Of a stretch of DNA of 64,000 nt, positions 1-13,500 are shown piece after piece; within the stretch, counting starts at the first letter, position 1, and each line of letters opens with the position of its first letter. Made by a program: the position numbers and the translations under genes. The notes under the pieces were generated by a model that worked only from the letters and a program-made list of their open reading frames with translations, was not told where the DNA came from and ran no database searches. Source of the stretch: Phoronis australis (lineage: Eukaryota > Animalia > Phoronida); the NCBI GenBank assembly GCA_002633005.1, contig NMRA01000117.1, positions 665,894 through 729,893 of the forward strand. The letters are read 5' to 3'.

Positions 1-639
1 TGTATGTAACAATGCAATATAGTGAAATAAAGTCAATGTTTTACTTTATTGGTGGCCATTCTCTATCAATTCAAGTATTTTAATTTTCTTCAAATAAATT
101 CAAAATGCTTTAACCAAAAATTTCAACATAAATGTTGAGCTCATTACTTTGTTTTGCAATAAAAAACAAGTGGACAATATTTTGATGACCAAGGCGTGGG
201 CCGAAACTGTTAAGCACCCAGCGTGTTCCATTTGTCTGCTGCGTTTTTCCTTTGGCCTAACGGGTGTCGGTTGGTGCCTGGGAAAAATAGATACATTGCA
301 TAAACAATATCTGGGTAGGTTTTTGTTCCGTCTGAAGAAAATTTAATTTCGAAAATATCTTCTGAAAATGAACAAAACAGTGCATTAGTAAAATCTACAA
401 GTTTTTGAGTGGTCTCAAAAAAACAGTCGGTAAATGCATTAATTTTAGTCTCAGTTCTTCCATGCGTGTTTCTCCCGAGAGGTTAGTACCTAACGTGCAG
501 ACGAGCACTCCAAATTGGAACGCTAAGTCCCGCGTTGCTGCGCTGCACGCGAAAGAAGATGGCAGACGACCTTTGGAGCCTGACGACGATAGATATTCGG
601 ACTATATAGCTCATTGGGCAGTCGGGGCCTGAGAGCACT

Positions 640-2645
640 TAGGTTACATGAAGGAGGTATCAACATCTGACCATAGGAGCACTTAGAGTCCTCCTTAGTA
701 TATACAGAAATTGATGTCTGCACTCTGGGTTTGCGGGCCTGGGGCTGCCTTACCCCAGAGGCCAAAAAATCAACTAGATTATTCGAGGTACCCCCGCCGG
801 CGGCCGGCGGCCAAAACAGAACATACGGCACTGAACACCGAATGACCCATGACATTGAGACAAATTGCACGCTAGAAAGGGTCCGACAGAAACCCAAAAA
901 GTACCCCAAAAATGAGGTACTGATACGGGTACCCCCGGCACTGACGAAAGGCCCGGCCTGCCATAGCTGGGTTGTGCCCGCCAGAAAACCCAAAAGGTAA
1001 CCGTATGCCATTGAAAATTTGAGTTAGACTCAGTGAGGTACCAACCAAATGACGTTAAAACGGAACAGTACGAGGCCTACGACGGCACTGCCCGCGACTA
1101 ACATGGACAATTGCACTCGGGTTCGCCAGAAACCGAAAAGTCTGCCCCCAAAATACTGAAGCTAGTTCATACATTCGACTGGGTACCACAAAATCAATTC
1201 CATATCTCAGTAGATTCAGCACATGTCACTGATCACCGAGTAATCACTAATGTCCTGGTGACACTCTGCATGGTTGTGCCCGCCAGTCAGAAATCCCCAA
1301 AAATCCACGGATGACTCAGTTCGCTGATGTGTTTCATCAATACGTGTATTTTAGGTACAAAATAGTCAGAGTAGGCCTTTAAAGGATTGAGCTACATCAG
1401 ATATTTGAGGTACCGGCTAAAACTGACTTAAAATCACTGCAACAATCACTGATGCCGCCAATGAACACCCGGAATGACACGTACGGCCCCAACGACCGTA
1501 GAAAGGGTCCGCCAGAAACTAAAAAACGACCAGTGCGTAGTGGGGCGCAGGCGCATGTACAAAGTAGGCGCAGCCAACCACCTTTTGGCATTTGAACGTA
1601 GCGCCTACGCACCGTAAATTACATTCAGTGCTCAAGGGGATACGGTGGGCTTTTGGCGCCTACTAGTAATCATTACTTCTAATTTTACCACTACAGCACT
1701 GAAAACGACGCCCAACTAAGGGAGCTAGCTCATACATTCCAGGTACCGCAATAAACAATACATGTTATTCAAATAGAAGTTTCTGGTTACCTAAATGGCC
1801 TGTGACCGTGTCAGTTGTGCGTGCCAGCGGCCCCGCCCAGAAATCTCAACCACGTAATTCTGTTTATAATCGACATATGTCCCGAATAATAGATAAATGA
1901 TACGTGCGTCGCAAGCTCGTTACCAGACCGCCCAGAAATCTCAACCACGTAATTCTATTTAGTGAAAATGTGTGATGTATTTGATAACGGAAATCCAGGT
2001 AAGTCTTGCTCGAGTTTCGTAGAATCAAGAATTCCGATGGATGTTCTGGTCACGTGTTCGTTTGCAGTTCGTAGCAAATTCTTGTATTTCCGTAATACTT
2101 TCGCGTCTCTCTCTCCTTGCTTAAAATTAATAATAGCGTCACACTGAGAGCCAAATGGATGAAGGCGGAACGTAAGCATTTTGGAAAATACCCGATACGG
2201 TGGTTGACATTTATGGGTGTTTCTAGCGGGCACAACCCCGAGTATATTTTGTCCGTCATGGGGCATTTAGTGACCAGTGACATGGGTAGAATCACATGAA
2301 ATTGTTTTTTGTGTTATCTCGAATGTATGAGCTAGCTCAGGGAGCTCTTTTGGGGTTTCTGACGGACCCTTCCCAGGGTGCAATTTGCCTGTCATGGGCC
2401 ATTCGGTGTTCAGTGCAGTACTGCAGTAGCGTTCCTTTAAATCAGTTTTAGCTGGTACTTGGAATATCTAATCTAACTCAATCTTTCAATGGCATACCGT
2501 TGTTGACATTTTTTTTGGGTTGGGGGTGGCTTCTCGCGAGCACAACCAAAGTGTATTTTGTCTGTCACGGGGCATTTAGTGATCAATGACATGTACCGAA
2601 TCATATGGAATTGGTTTTTTGTCGTGCTACCTCGACTGTATGAAT
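640..2645. repeat. Complex modular repeat / foldback-like region with direct and inverted shuffled modules
   Basis: Recurrent (G/C)CCGCCAGAAA motif; ~826-900 is the reverse complement of ~2345-2420, ~1003-1030 of ~2470-2500, ~1160-1290 of ~2215-2340; direct repeat ~1835-1865 / ~1929-1958. Confidence 0.65.
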
Positions 2646-3554
2646 CAGTAACATGACCAAATTTCGTTTGAGAAAAATGTTGATGTAATGAAATGATGAA
2701 ATCTCAAAAATCGTTGTTACAAATTTCTAAATTGTCACTTCGTATTCGTACATGGGATTTCTGATTTTTTCCCAGAAGTGCTACCTTTGTAGCCTCTCAT
2801 CACAGTAACGAGGCACATGACACCCAGTATTAATAACACAACGGTTTTCAAAAGAAAAGTTGGTTTTCGGCAAAAGGGACTTGCCTTTTGCAAATTTAAT
2901 CTGCGTATTCATCATAGAAATTCTGATCGCAAGATTCGTGTGGCCCTGCTTCAGTTTACTGCTGTCTTAATTACCCACATTAAATCTGAAAATAAGCCAT
3001 CTTCTCTATCACTATATACTTATTTTTGATTCAGACCTTGTTGTTAACTTGTTATAAAGCTAGTTTCCAATTATTCCTTAGTCCCATTACTAGAAGTGAT
3101 AACTGGATTTCGTATCAAATGGTCATGCCAACTTATAGGGGCTAGCAATTGTAATATACTGTCAGCCCGAAGGGTCACTCATATTGACAAGGTGCCTAAA
3201 AGCCTATACCAAAAATTGCCGGTAGGCATTACTTTTCAGCACGTTTTGCTGGACCCCTGTGGGTCCAATAGGCCCGAAATTTCCATTTCGTCTCAGCAAA
3301 ACGGGGGTGGAGCAGAAAAACTACTCCAGAAAAGGAGGTGAGGCAGAAAAAATGTACCCCGCAAAAAGGGGTGGGAATTAACAGCCCTGGCACCCGCAAT
3401 AAGGGGTCTCTCAGCAATTTTTAGGACACGCCTGAGGGCACCTTGTCGATATGAGTGACAACCCAGACTGTCAGTTTCTCCAATCCCAGAAATTGCTTCC
3501 AATCTAAATAGGGCACAACGTGAGACCACCCTTAAATCTCAAGATCATGAACAG

Positions 3555-3604
3555 ACAACACATAAGAAAATTAACACAAATTAGTTATACAGTAATTTTT
3601 TATT
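3555..3604 (-). terminator. Probable polyadenylation signal (AATAAA at 3604-3599) with downstream U/GU-rich element; implies a ~0.8 kb 3'UTR
   Basis: AATAAA on minus strand followed within ~20-50 nt by TTTGTGTTAATTTTCTTATGTGTTGTCTGTT. Confidence 0.6.
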
Positions 3605-4372
3605 TTGAATTGTGATTGTAGATTAAACGATACTTGATTAGGATGATTGATAAATTTGGCAGAACGTTTCAGTCACAACAGTCAGAAGCCTTTAAAAACC
3701 TCGACAGTATTCACAAGAACTCACAGATTTCAAAAACGACAAAACAACGGATGGCTCCAAAAATTACAAATAAAGCAATATAACTTCAATGCAGGTTATA
3801 GCAACACTTAACAAGTACAGAACAGTTTTAAAGAAGCTGACACTAACAAGAACAGCCACAATTGGCAAATTTAAATGCCTCTAAGGAGACTATTCAAAAT
3901 AATTAACTGTAAAATTAACATGTAGAAATCTGCGTTAACATTCGTCCGATAATACTGGCTAGGCGTGAAAACATCCAGGCAAGATGATTAGCAAACTTCA
4001 CACATTCAAATGTCTAATAAAGGATGGTTCTACAAACTCCACAAACTTCTCACACTAGTCACCAGAAATTGTCTAAGCTTCATCAGCTGAACACAGGATC
4101 ACACATAAAGCACAAAAACGCTGTCCTGACCACCGGCGTTATTCATCCCTGTAACAACAGCTCACTGCATCATCAACTACAGTGATGCAATATTGTATTC
4201 ATGCATAAAACCAATTAATGCAATATCTCTTCAGATACAGTGTACCAGGACTAATCACTTGCTGAAGAAACACCAGCAAACTGTCAAAAGACCTAACAAC
4301 TAGATACAAATGGAAAGATGTATATTTACAGTATCAAATTTGTGACTAGATTGGGATGAGACATTCGCAGCA

Positions 4373-4554
4373 TTAAACCTCAAATTTTTTAAGACGTTCC
4401 GCCACACTAATGCCACCGGTTTGGCGAAACTGGTCATATCGAGACAACCTGCTGGTTGAATCATCCATTGAGTACTTTCTCTCTAGTTGAGGCACAGGTG
4501 CTGCTGACAACATGTGACGTGGTATTCCCGGACTACTTTTTGACCTCATTAATT
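4373..4554 (-). CDS. MPRIP: Exon 26, terminal coding exon (LMRSKSSP...[10 protein letters not shown])
   Basis: GTTTTCAG acceptor; stop TAA at 4375-4373; family C-terminal motif. Confidence 0.9.
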
Positions 4555-7500
4555 CTGAAAACAAGCAACACATAATTTCAGAAAATCTGGCAAGGAACCT
4601 TGAAGGTCACAGTATTAGTCAGATCTGTTTGAAAAGTCACTAGTGCCATTCCATCCACGAACACGACTGCAAAATTTTACATACATCCACCAAAACTTGA
4701 AGCATTCTTCTAAAGATAATGCGACAATGACATTGTGTGACATGCAGATGTATGCATATGGATAGATTGTGGTGACCAGCCCATTGTGCTAACGCATCAC
4801 TCACCTGCTTTGCCTCTCGGCTGTTTCTGTCTCTGTCTCTGCGGGGACTCCGGTCGTGGGGGACTTGGACTTCGGCTCCTAGGAGAGTGTTGGAGCTCTG
4901 AAATACAATTAACAATGTATATTACCACCCCATTACTTCGATAACAAAGAAAAATCATAGTGAAGTTATCACAAATGTCAAACAATGTCACTCAGAGCAG
5001 TTAAAATAAGAATATTGAAGACAGGTTGCAGAATTATCAGCTTAATGATGGTGATGTACATTTGTACAATTGCAAGGTACCTAAACTACACGGTCAACGG
5101 ACTCATAAACACAGGGCACGGACGCATGAACACGACTCACGCACCTGTAAACACCATCCACTGACTCACAAACACGGGAATGGACTCACAAAACACGATC
5201 CACGCACCCAAATACATGGGACTCGGACTCATATTCCCGAGGAAACACGGTTAACAGATCGCCAAACACGGGTCACGGACTCATCGGCTTCCTGTGTCAG
5301 CTGACATCTCCATTTTGTCCGTGACCCGTGTTTGGTGGTCCGTTAACCGTGTTTCCTCGGGAATATGAGTCCGATTTCCGTGTATTTGGGTGCATGGATC
5401 GTGTTTTGTGAGTCCGTTCCCGTGTTTGTGAGTCAGTGGACGGTGTTTGCAGGTCCTAGAGTCGTGTTCATGCGTCCATCCCCCGTGTTTATGAGTCCGT
5501 TGACCGTGTAGTTTAGTACCTTGAATTGGAGTGATTCCAGCATTAGTTGAATAGAACGAATCCAATTAGTAAATCATGCAAAACTGAATTATTTTGGATC
5601 AAATATCATGCTCACATATTCCCAACCACCATCACCCATTCCATTATTTTGACAACAGTTCAATTATTTTGACATAAAAATGCTGAGGAGTTAAACCAGG
5701 CCCACAATCCAAGTTTAAACCAATCCAGCATGACATTACATTTCACATTTGCCAACATGCATAGCAATATGGGACATACATGCCGAATCAAGGCTAAAGT
5801 CGGGCAGCAGGCTTGAAAGAGATCAAATTTTGTACCACAGAAAATTTCCAGAAAAGTTATTTACATTACAACTGGCGAAACTAGCAGCACTTATTAATGG
5901 AACACGAAACATGAAGATAGATGCTGTTAGAAGAGGTACACACAGACACTCAAACAAAATGCAGATATGCTGCCGGCCCAGCAGTTATGAGGAACAGTGT
6001 GTTTTGAAATTGAAACTTTAAGGTAATCACAGTAATGAAGTGAACATTTAGTCGGGGAAACGCGATAGCAGGCAACGTTTTGTACACATTACGCTCATCT
6101 CATAAACATTTAGTTAGAAGGCATGCCTCCTAGTTGTTTATGAGAGGAAGATGCTTGCTGGTCTTTATGAGCATTTCTGACAATCTCGAACCAATGTATT
6201 TGAATGTTCCACTTCATTAACGCGTAATTCCGAATCTCAAAAACAGCAACGCTAGGTGTGAACAGGTTGTGGCGCGGAGAGTAGCAGTGTGACCACTTCT
6301 ACCTTTAAACTGTCGGTGTTTTACCACAGGTGAGCCTCGGTGCAGCGATGGGCGCGGCTGGCGTCCGGCTGCGACCTGTTCTAACTGACGACCGAGTCGA
6401 CGGAGGGTGTCCTCATGCTGGGACAGTCTCGACTGGTACTGGTCGTGTAGGTGGTGGTGGTGCTCATTGTCCTGGGAATGGGAGAGGGGCGCGGTCATGC
6501 ACGGAGTAACAACATCAGTATAAGGGTAGATACAACAGACAGGACTGTATATAAACTGGATGTTGGTCACCCAGTGGACATAGACAATAGTCACAGACTG
6601 ATCGTGGGCAAGATTGAATGCTGGCCACAGACTGGATATTGGGTTAAGTAAGTTAAAATTAAGTTTGATTCCCCTCACACGATCGAATGTAAAATAAAGC
6701 AAGACTCAAACATTTCATTCACAATTAGCAACCTGAGAAGATTTTTTTCAAAAAACCAAAATATTTTACCAACCCATTTCAGAGGCGTGAGGCCAAGGTG
6801 AGGGGAAACAAAACCATAAGAAATATTTTAGGGCTGTTCATCAAAAGGACATTGCTTGGACTAAACGCTTGATTAACATTGGATACAGGTCAGAATAGAC
6901 ACCGTGTCATTCACACTGAGCTGGTTGAAATGTCCTAAGCTAACAACGTCTCAGAAAAAATGTGGTGCAACATACCAATAGACCTGTGACATGAATTGGA
7001 AAAAATGTTAAAATTTGTTTAATTAACAGTTATCAAGAATATACCCAGATACCTTACACTATTACGTGCCACAGGAGACTTATCCATAACTAATCATAAT
7101 ATTTCAAGGTATATATTTCAGGTACTTCAGTCTTTCAAAACACAATGAACAGGACAACAGAATTTTTCAGTGAAAATCTTTTGATGCAGACCCTGCTACC
7201 ACCACCATTAGTTATACTAGGCATGCAGCAAGCAATTACTAACAGACACCTATCCATGAATACCTGGTAGACTTGTGACTTGGTGAGACCGTTTACTAAT
7301 GGATGACTTGGCATCATAAAACAGTAGTAAAAGTTAAGACCTGTATGCATCAGATGTCCAAACATTCTAGAAACCACAGATTTTGTATCCTAACTACAGC
7401 GTGCCATATTGTTAATTAGAGAAATGAAAAGGTCAGACCAAAATAATTGCACACGCCATGCACTGAAATTAAATGCATCCAACAAAATTTCAAAACTTTC

Positions 7501-10500
7501 AACATTCCTTTATTCCTGGGAAGCTTTTTTACTAAAACATGCAACATTATTTTTCTTGTAAATAAGTCAACATTTCGCCTAGCATCCACGAGGACAAGCG
7601 AACGATAGCAAATGGGCCTTGACACCGTGTCACTGAACACCTCTTGGTAAGTAGCAAACTTCAAAGATACAGACGCAGATGTAAAAAAAATGCCACTGGG
7701 TGGCGTCCGCCCGAAAATCAGTGTCTGTCACAGTCTTCTCATCAGGAACACAGCTGCCAATTTTCATAATGATCCTTTAAGCGGTTTGGTAGATAGAGAA
7801 GCAGATGTCAAAAACGTACTCAAAAAATTTTAAAATGCTCACCAGTTGGTGCAGAAAATATCAAATCTGTACAAAAACAGGAAGGTGACATTATCTCCTT
7901 AACAGAAACCTATTTGCTGAATTTCAAGACCATCCATCAATTAACTCCATAGATACAGAGGCAAATGTAATAACTAAAATTGCCACTAGGGAGCACAGCA
8001 GTAGTCGGATCGGTTGTCGTCTGTCGACAGCTTCATAGGAACACATCTGTCAAATCTCATCAAGGCCGCAAGGCCATACAGCAGCGGACGCAGGACGCTC
8101 CAACAGAGATGATTGTAATATGCATCCACGTAGGAGCATAATGAACTTCTAAGTACAATGATTTCATATCAATATCTACTTGCATTCATTTTAGGTACAA
8201 GCAATCTTAAAAAGATAATTTGTTATCAAAAATACATATTTCTACATAACTGTATTCATGCCAGTACACACCAGTTTTATTAACGTACAACATTTTCTCT
8301 TCTGCAGTCTCAAAGTTATCTCTATGCATCGTCGTTTCCCTCAGTATATGTACACAAGCATGCACGACACCTACCTCCTCAGCCGCCTGTAAATGCTCCT
8401 TCAGAAGTTTAATCTCTTCCTTTAATTCCTTCGTTTCCACTTCCTTCAACTGCAGAGTCACCTGAGAACATGTAGAACACACTGTATCAAACGGAGTATT
8501 CTATCCGTTAGAATCTGCACAAAACCTATCGGGACTATGGACACGCATCAGCCACAGTGGTAACACCACTTGGAGGGACATAAGACACCAATCAAGCTGT
8601 CTAAATGATTACAAGCCGCTGCAAAGCAACTTAGGATGGACAAGCAGCATCCCGTGCAGGGGGAGACAAAAGACTCATCTATTCACTCTACAGAAACCGG
8701 CTCATCAACAAACAAGCTGATGAGCAAGATGAACCACAAGTAGTTTACTTTTTAGACTTAGTTACCAGTACCTCGCAAAATATTTGGCTTCACCGAGTTA
8801 TGTAATACTTTTTGGGCGAAACATGTCATTCATGATTCGTGCACAATTTAGACCACTTTTGAGGGTAGTTCAAGGTTTATACCAAGCCAATGTTTGAGGG
8901 TAGTTCAAGGTTTATACCAAGCCAATGTTTGAGGGTAGTTCAAGGTTTATACCAAGCCAGTGTTTGAGGGTAGTTCAAGATTTATACCTAGCCAGTGTTT
9001 GAGGGTAGTTCAAGGTTTATACCAAGCCAATGTTTGAGGGTAGTTCAAGGTTTATACCAAGCCAGTGTTTGAGGGTAGTTCAAGGTTTATCAAGCCAATT
9101 TAAAGGCATTTTAGTACAACTTAATTTGTTAGACGTGCTTTGCGCAGGAGTGAAAAAGTTCCCAGTTTGCAGTGTTAGATGAAGCCGGTCCCGTCAAAAA
9201 CGCATTAAATTTGCCCCTGTTGAACATTTGCTAAACAAGTGAAGAGTGACATGTGACTAAAGCTTTTATGGAATGTTGCCAATGTTTAAAGAACGCAAAC
9301 ATGAATGTACATGTGATCAAGAATAATGGCTGTTCCTCTTTTAAACATTACATTTCTTACAACAATAAAACATAATTAGGGTCTTTTAAATAGTTTTGAA
9401 GCCAAAAGCTGAAATTCAATGGCTTTTCAAAGTCAGAACTAAATTCAAGAACTGTTCACGGCCAGTGCTCCAAATTCAAGACCTTTGAAGACTATACAAG
9501 CCATGTTTCTAAGTTTGGCCATTTCACTGATGTCACAAATGTACGAAACTGTTTAAGTGAAATTTTTGCTTACAATCAAAGGAAAATTTTTCATAACTTT
9601 TATCTGCTTCCCGCAATTACTAATCCTCAATCGCAGATAATATAAAACAGTAGAGATAACACATGATTGGATTTCCAAAAATGGACTGCATTTCTTCCAA
9701 AATGGTCTTTCATGGGCCACTCCATACTCACTAGGTGGTGCTCATGAATAAATGACACTTTTATTCAGCTGAACAGACTGGGATCAGAAAGCAGTCCATC
9801 AGCATGGTAAAGATCCCATGTGACAACCAGAATACATTCATTAATACATTAAGTGGGACTATCATCTCACTAGCGCTACCTTGTGAATTCTGAGAAACCC
9901 ATTTCCAAGTACTCCCATGTATAATAGACAGTGACCAAGCCACTAGACTTACTTTCAGGTCATGCACTTGCTTACTGTCACTGCTACCGGGCTCGTGTGT
10001 TGTTGCAAAACTTTTCTTGAGCTTTTCTATTTCCCCAACCAACTGGGAATGCATTTCTTCATTTCTATAATATAAGGAATGGATAAGCGTGAGACACAAG
10101 ACATGCAGCTATCCAACCTAAAATATTGCATAACTATACGTTTAAGTAATGGTTATTGCATAATAAACAAAAGAACTTATTATGGTTTATTCAACTGCAA
10201 TAAACAGTCCATTGGAGTTATAAGTCACTGTTGGCGATCAAACAAATAAACCATCTATATCAAAGGAATGAATAGTTACAAATTTGGAAAATTATCACAT
10301 CATAAAACTTCACCTTATCCCCAAATGACAAAAGCAAAATATTGCCAGCTCAAATATATAATGACGTGCAAAACAAACATCACTTTCTACAAGACTATTG
10401 TCAAAAGAGAAGCACAGACTAAAGTCAACTGCTTTTTGTGTATCTGCAGATTTCCTAGATTTTGACAAAGACCGTTTTTAATACAAGTCTTTTGCTCCAC

Positions 10501-13500
10501 ACCTCCCCCCTTGCCCAGGCCCAACACCTACCGTGCAGACAGCTGACTTATTTGGCTGCGTGACTGCTGCAATGTCTTGCCCTGAGTCTCCAGCTTGCCG
10601 GCCAGTGTGGCATTCTCTATACACTTGATGGAGTATTGTTCGGAGAGCAACTTCATCTCCGACCGAATCATGTCAATTTCCTGTTTGTAGTCTTGTTCTA
10701 TCGTGTCCACGTCTTTGTCAGAGAACATTTTCGAGGCCAGGTCTTCGAATCGTTTCTTTTCTTTGGCCAGTTCTGCTTCATTAACCTTCTTCAAGGCCTC
10801 TAAAGCTGAAATATACAGAGATCCACAGTAGTGACTATATAAACACGTGGATTACCACATGTATGCAAAAATACACCAGGGATTAGAATACCAATTACAA
10901 ACAAAGAGTAAAATATTTCAGTTGATGTATCGTTCCACAAATAAATAGTCTTGCGTTATAGAAATATTTTTTGTGTTGCAAAATTTAACTGAAATAAACA
11001 TCTTTGCATGAATAAAATAAAAACAATGATAAAAAGCTATGCAAAAAGGGGAAACTGGAAATAAAATAAGAGGAAATCGAAACCAAAACAGAGGAAATCC
11101 TCTTAAAAAAGGAAAATTCTAAGCCCAGATACACAAGAGCATTCAAGAACAACTAGGATTGATGATGGATGGAGCTATAGTGAATTCTGCAGAATGCCAG
11201 TCACCAAATCAATATGACATATCTATTTCATCCAAATGGGACATCGTTAAAATTCTTGGAACTTGTAGAGATTATTGACTCTCCAACAACTGGTCCTTAT
11301 CCCATCTCAGCTGTTCTTTTACTTGTCAGTGCCCCTCCTCCTCCCCACCTACCAGCTTGCATTGTCCTTAACTTCTCCTACCACATTTAGCTCCTCCTCC
11401 TAACTTACCAACTTGCATTACCCAAGACTCCTCCTACCAGTTTCAACTCCTCCCCTGCCCAATGAGCAGCCTCCATTACTCTAGACGCCTCCCACCTCCA
11501 ATTTCAACCATTCCCTTTCCCACCTACCAGCCTGTGTTGCCCTAGACTCCTCCTCCAACAACTGATCCTTATCCCGTCTCAGCTGCTCCATTTCCTGTTT
11601 GTGCTGCTCTCGTAACTCCTGCATCACCTTCCTGTACGATCTCTCAGTATCCACACTACCTTGTCCACACAGACCCTGGCAATAACATAAACATATCAAA
11701 AATGGTGCGTTTACACAGATTACCTCTATTGTTCACCGTTGTCTCCAGACTATTCATTCTCATATCTTCCGTGTTTTCAAATGCTTAACAGTGGAAATAA
11801 TTGCGTGCGAACTATGTGAAAGAAGTTAAAGCATAGAAAATGTCAATTACAATAGTTTGTAAGACTTAATTAATTCAGTATGTGCCCGGTAATGATAGAC
11901 ACCTCAAGGTATAATGCTGACAGAGATAAAGTGACCCTGCCTGGGAACAATCAGATAGAGACTCCAACATAAACGTGATTAGCATGAATGGATACTAATG
12001 ACTCCTTACCATGATGTTGATTTTTGGTTAAATTAACAGTGGAAAACTGAGAACGATTGCTGATAACATATTGTGTTTGTATTGTGGCTTTACAATATGT
12101 TATTAATGAACATTCTGTCTCAGTCAAAAATATTGGTATTCTAAAATCAACTTAATTAATGAGTTATCCAAGGTCAAGACCACACACTTTACTTGAAATC
12201 TGATTTCAAAATTAACCTATTACAATGAGTGAAATTTAAAAATTTTCTTGAAGCGTGTTGCACGACAGCTTAATTTTCAGGTAGAGTATAGAGTAACATT
12301 AACTAGTATTGGGCCTATTATATCCTTTATTAGATTATCTTAGGGAGACAAACCTATTTTTGTGTAAGAGGAGGACTGAACACCCAAGATCAAGATGATG
12401 TCATTGTCTAACATAGAATAATCAGAGCAACGTAACAGCTTCAAACAAATTTAAGGAATTCACATGTTGTAGGAAACTTTGCATGCAAGACCATGGCTAA
12501 GGTTCCACACAGAGTCTCCATACCTTCAGTGTATCAATCTCCTTCTCGTAGCGTTTCCTCATGAAATCATCGTCCACCTGTATGTTACTGGCCTCTGCAG
12601 ATGCCCTGAGTGACAGCACTTCTTCCTGTAGTTTCTCCAGGTCCTTCTCGTACGTCACCCTCTGCTGCACCAACTCATCCTCATACTCATCCTGGGAACA
12701 CACAAACACAACAGTACAGTGTGGCAACGCAACAAGTACACAAGGGGTGAAAAGTGCCCACCGATACAGTTTTGATAAAATACAACCCTATCACAAATAG
12801 GTTACATAAACTTAGACTGAAATTTAAATAAAAGTGATTAATCAATGATGATTATCAACTCATGAAGCAGTCCTGCCACTAGCCTGCCTTACGAAATGCA
12901 TTTTCACAGTAATATTGAGCTCTGTTTAGGTGACGAGACCATTACCGTAGGACATCTGTTTTACACAATGTTGAGCACTGACCATTTTGACTTAATTTTG
13001 CAATCTTCACAAAAATCAAGTTGTGAAAGGCAAGTTAGATCTATTTTTCCACGGTTACACTTGTAGGTGCGGAGCTCATATATGTTATTTTTGGCTGTTT
13101 ACACTGAAGTTGGCAATTTTTGACTCATTGATATAGTGCTGGGAGCAACTTATAAAATGGCAAGACAGCAAACAGTGGTGGAGGCTGCCCACCTGGACGT
13201 CTTTCAGCTCGCGCTCAACTTCTTCTAGTCTCTCCTGGAGCATGGTGACCTCCTCAGACTCACTGCGGCTACGCAGGCGTGATGACAACAGCTCAATTTC
13301 AGCCTAAGGTTCACAACAGAAAACATAACAATGTAAAATAAGATTTCACTAAGATCCGTAAAAGAAAACAAGCCATTCTACTCAGACAGAGGGTTTGCTG
13401 AAAAGTAGTTGAATGGCTGTAATGATAGCCTCTTTCCTTAATCATGTGGTCACATAACTTTCATACTAAGTGCAGTACATTTTGAGTGGACCAATATTCT

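Noticed and set aside
523-1011. 162-aa minus-strand ORF
   Set aside because: Lies in the modular repeat; no recognisable motif or splice context.
5026-5565. Pair of similar His/Thr-rich ORFs on opposite strands
   Set aside because: They are simply the two arms of the foldback element.
8858-9100. 35-bp repeats of CRISPR-like length
   Set aside because: Head-to-tail with no unique spacers, no cas genes, located in a eukaryotic intron.
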